64,000 bases of DNA from Bilabrum cf. latius. Taxonomy: Eukaryota. The stretch spans positions 62,001-126,000 of the forward strand of contig OZ237754.1 of the NCBI GenBank assembly GCA_965178125.1, written 5' to 3'. The position numbers and the translations under genes are program-made. The notes below the pieces were generated by a model. The model saw only the letters and a list, made by a program, of their open reading frames with translations. It did not search any database and was not told the DNA's origin. Below are positions 63,541 through 64,000 of the stretch, piece after piece; position 1 is the stretch's first letter; every line of letters starts with the position of its first letter.

Positions 63541-64000
63541 TTATGACCCGCCCCTCCTGCGCCTCACCTCATCCGCGGGGTCCACCTCGGCCCCCGGCTG
63601 CAGCTGCTGCAGCACGCCCACCTCGATTGGAAGGTCGCCGGGCCCCTGCGGCTCCACGCTCCTCCCGTCCGTGAAACCGACCAGCTTCCAATCAAGCTCC
63701 GCCTTGTCACCCTGGAACACCGGCACGCGCAGCCGCCTCAAGTACGTTCCGCTGCGGGGGCACAGCATGCGCAGCGCCCGCGTCCTCCAGCCCATCTCGG
63801 ACTGGTGGTAGGCCATGCCAGGGATGCCCTCCACCTCCTCGTGGCGAGAGGCGTGCTTGGGCTGCTGGATCGCAGTCATCAGGTCCGCCTTGGTGGAGGC
63901 AAAGCTCAGCGCCGGATACGAGAACAGGCTCTGCACCCACACGTGCCTTCCCCTCCACCGCAGGCCCCTCCACGTGCTGTGGAAGGGGTGGATCTCACGG
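63541..64000 (-). CDS. 3' end of an unidentified protein (partial)
   Basis: Frame open from the right edge to TAA at 63541, with GC-rich third positions like neighbouring genes. No family recognised. Confidence 0.6.
   Translation of the reverse strand, partial: REIHPFHSTWRGLRWRGRHVWVQSLFSYPALSFASTKADLMTAIQQPKHASRHEEVEGIPGMAYHQSEMGWRTRALRMLCPRSGTYLRRLRVPVFQGDKAELDWKLVGFTDGRSVEPQGPGDLPIEVGVLQQLQPGAEVDPADEVRRRRGGS

Overview
Gene-dense, GC-rich eukaryotic nuclear DNA, probably from a heterotrophic protist. A stramenopile/bicosoecid-like origin is my inference, not something the sequence proves. The window holds about 27 protein-coding genes with few short GT-AG introns. The main result is a non-standard nuclear genetic code. 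Nearly every gene is split in the supplied ORF track only at TAG, and the pieces lie in one frame. TAG sits where homologues have a conserved Gln: Rab DTAG[TAG]ERF, enolase F[TAG]EFMILP, RPC40 LPS[TAG]DIELEAH and an MFS transporter YAYIAV[TAG]LP. I found no TAA or TGA inside any reconstructed CDS, and genes end at TGA (most) or TAA (five cases). The best reading is UAG=Gln with UAA and UGA still stop, a rare code in which UAA and UAG differ. Under it the window gives a 2,651-aa CDPK7-like kinase, a Rab8-like GTPase, enolase, a POF1-type NMNAT/2OG-Fe(II) oxygenase fusion, a double-domain TPPP, Tipin, RMDN, a two-pore channel with Lys in both filters, COMMD2, GH43-like and GH31 hydrolases, a ZIP transporter, RPC40, a secreted PDZ-PA-PA-J protein, a bacterial-type RecD2 helicase with a mitochondrial presequence, CGI121, a QRT3-like protein and an MFS transporter. 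There are also several coding minisatellites and a possible retroelement ORF1/ORF2 pair at the left edge. No tRNA, rRNA or CRISPR array was seen. All family calls come from manual motif recognition; no database search was run.
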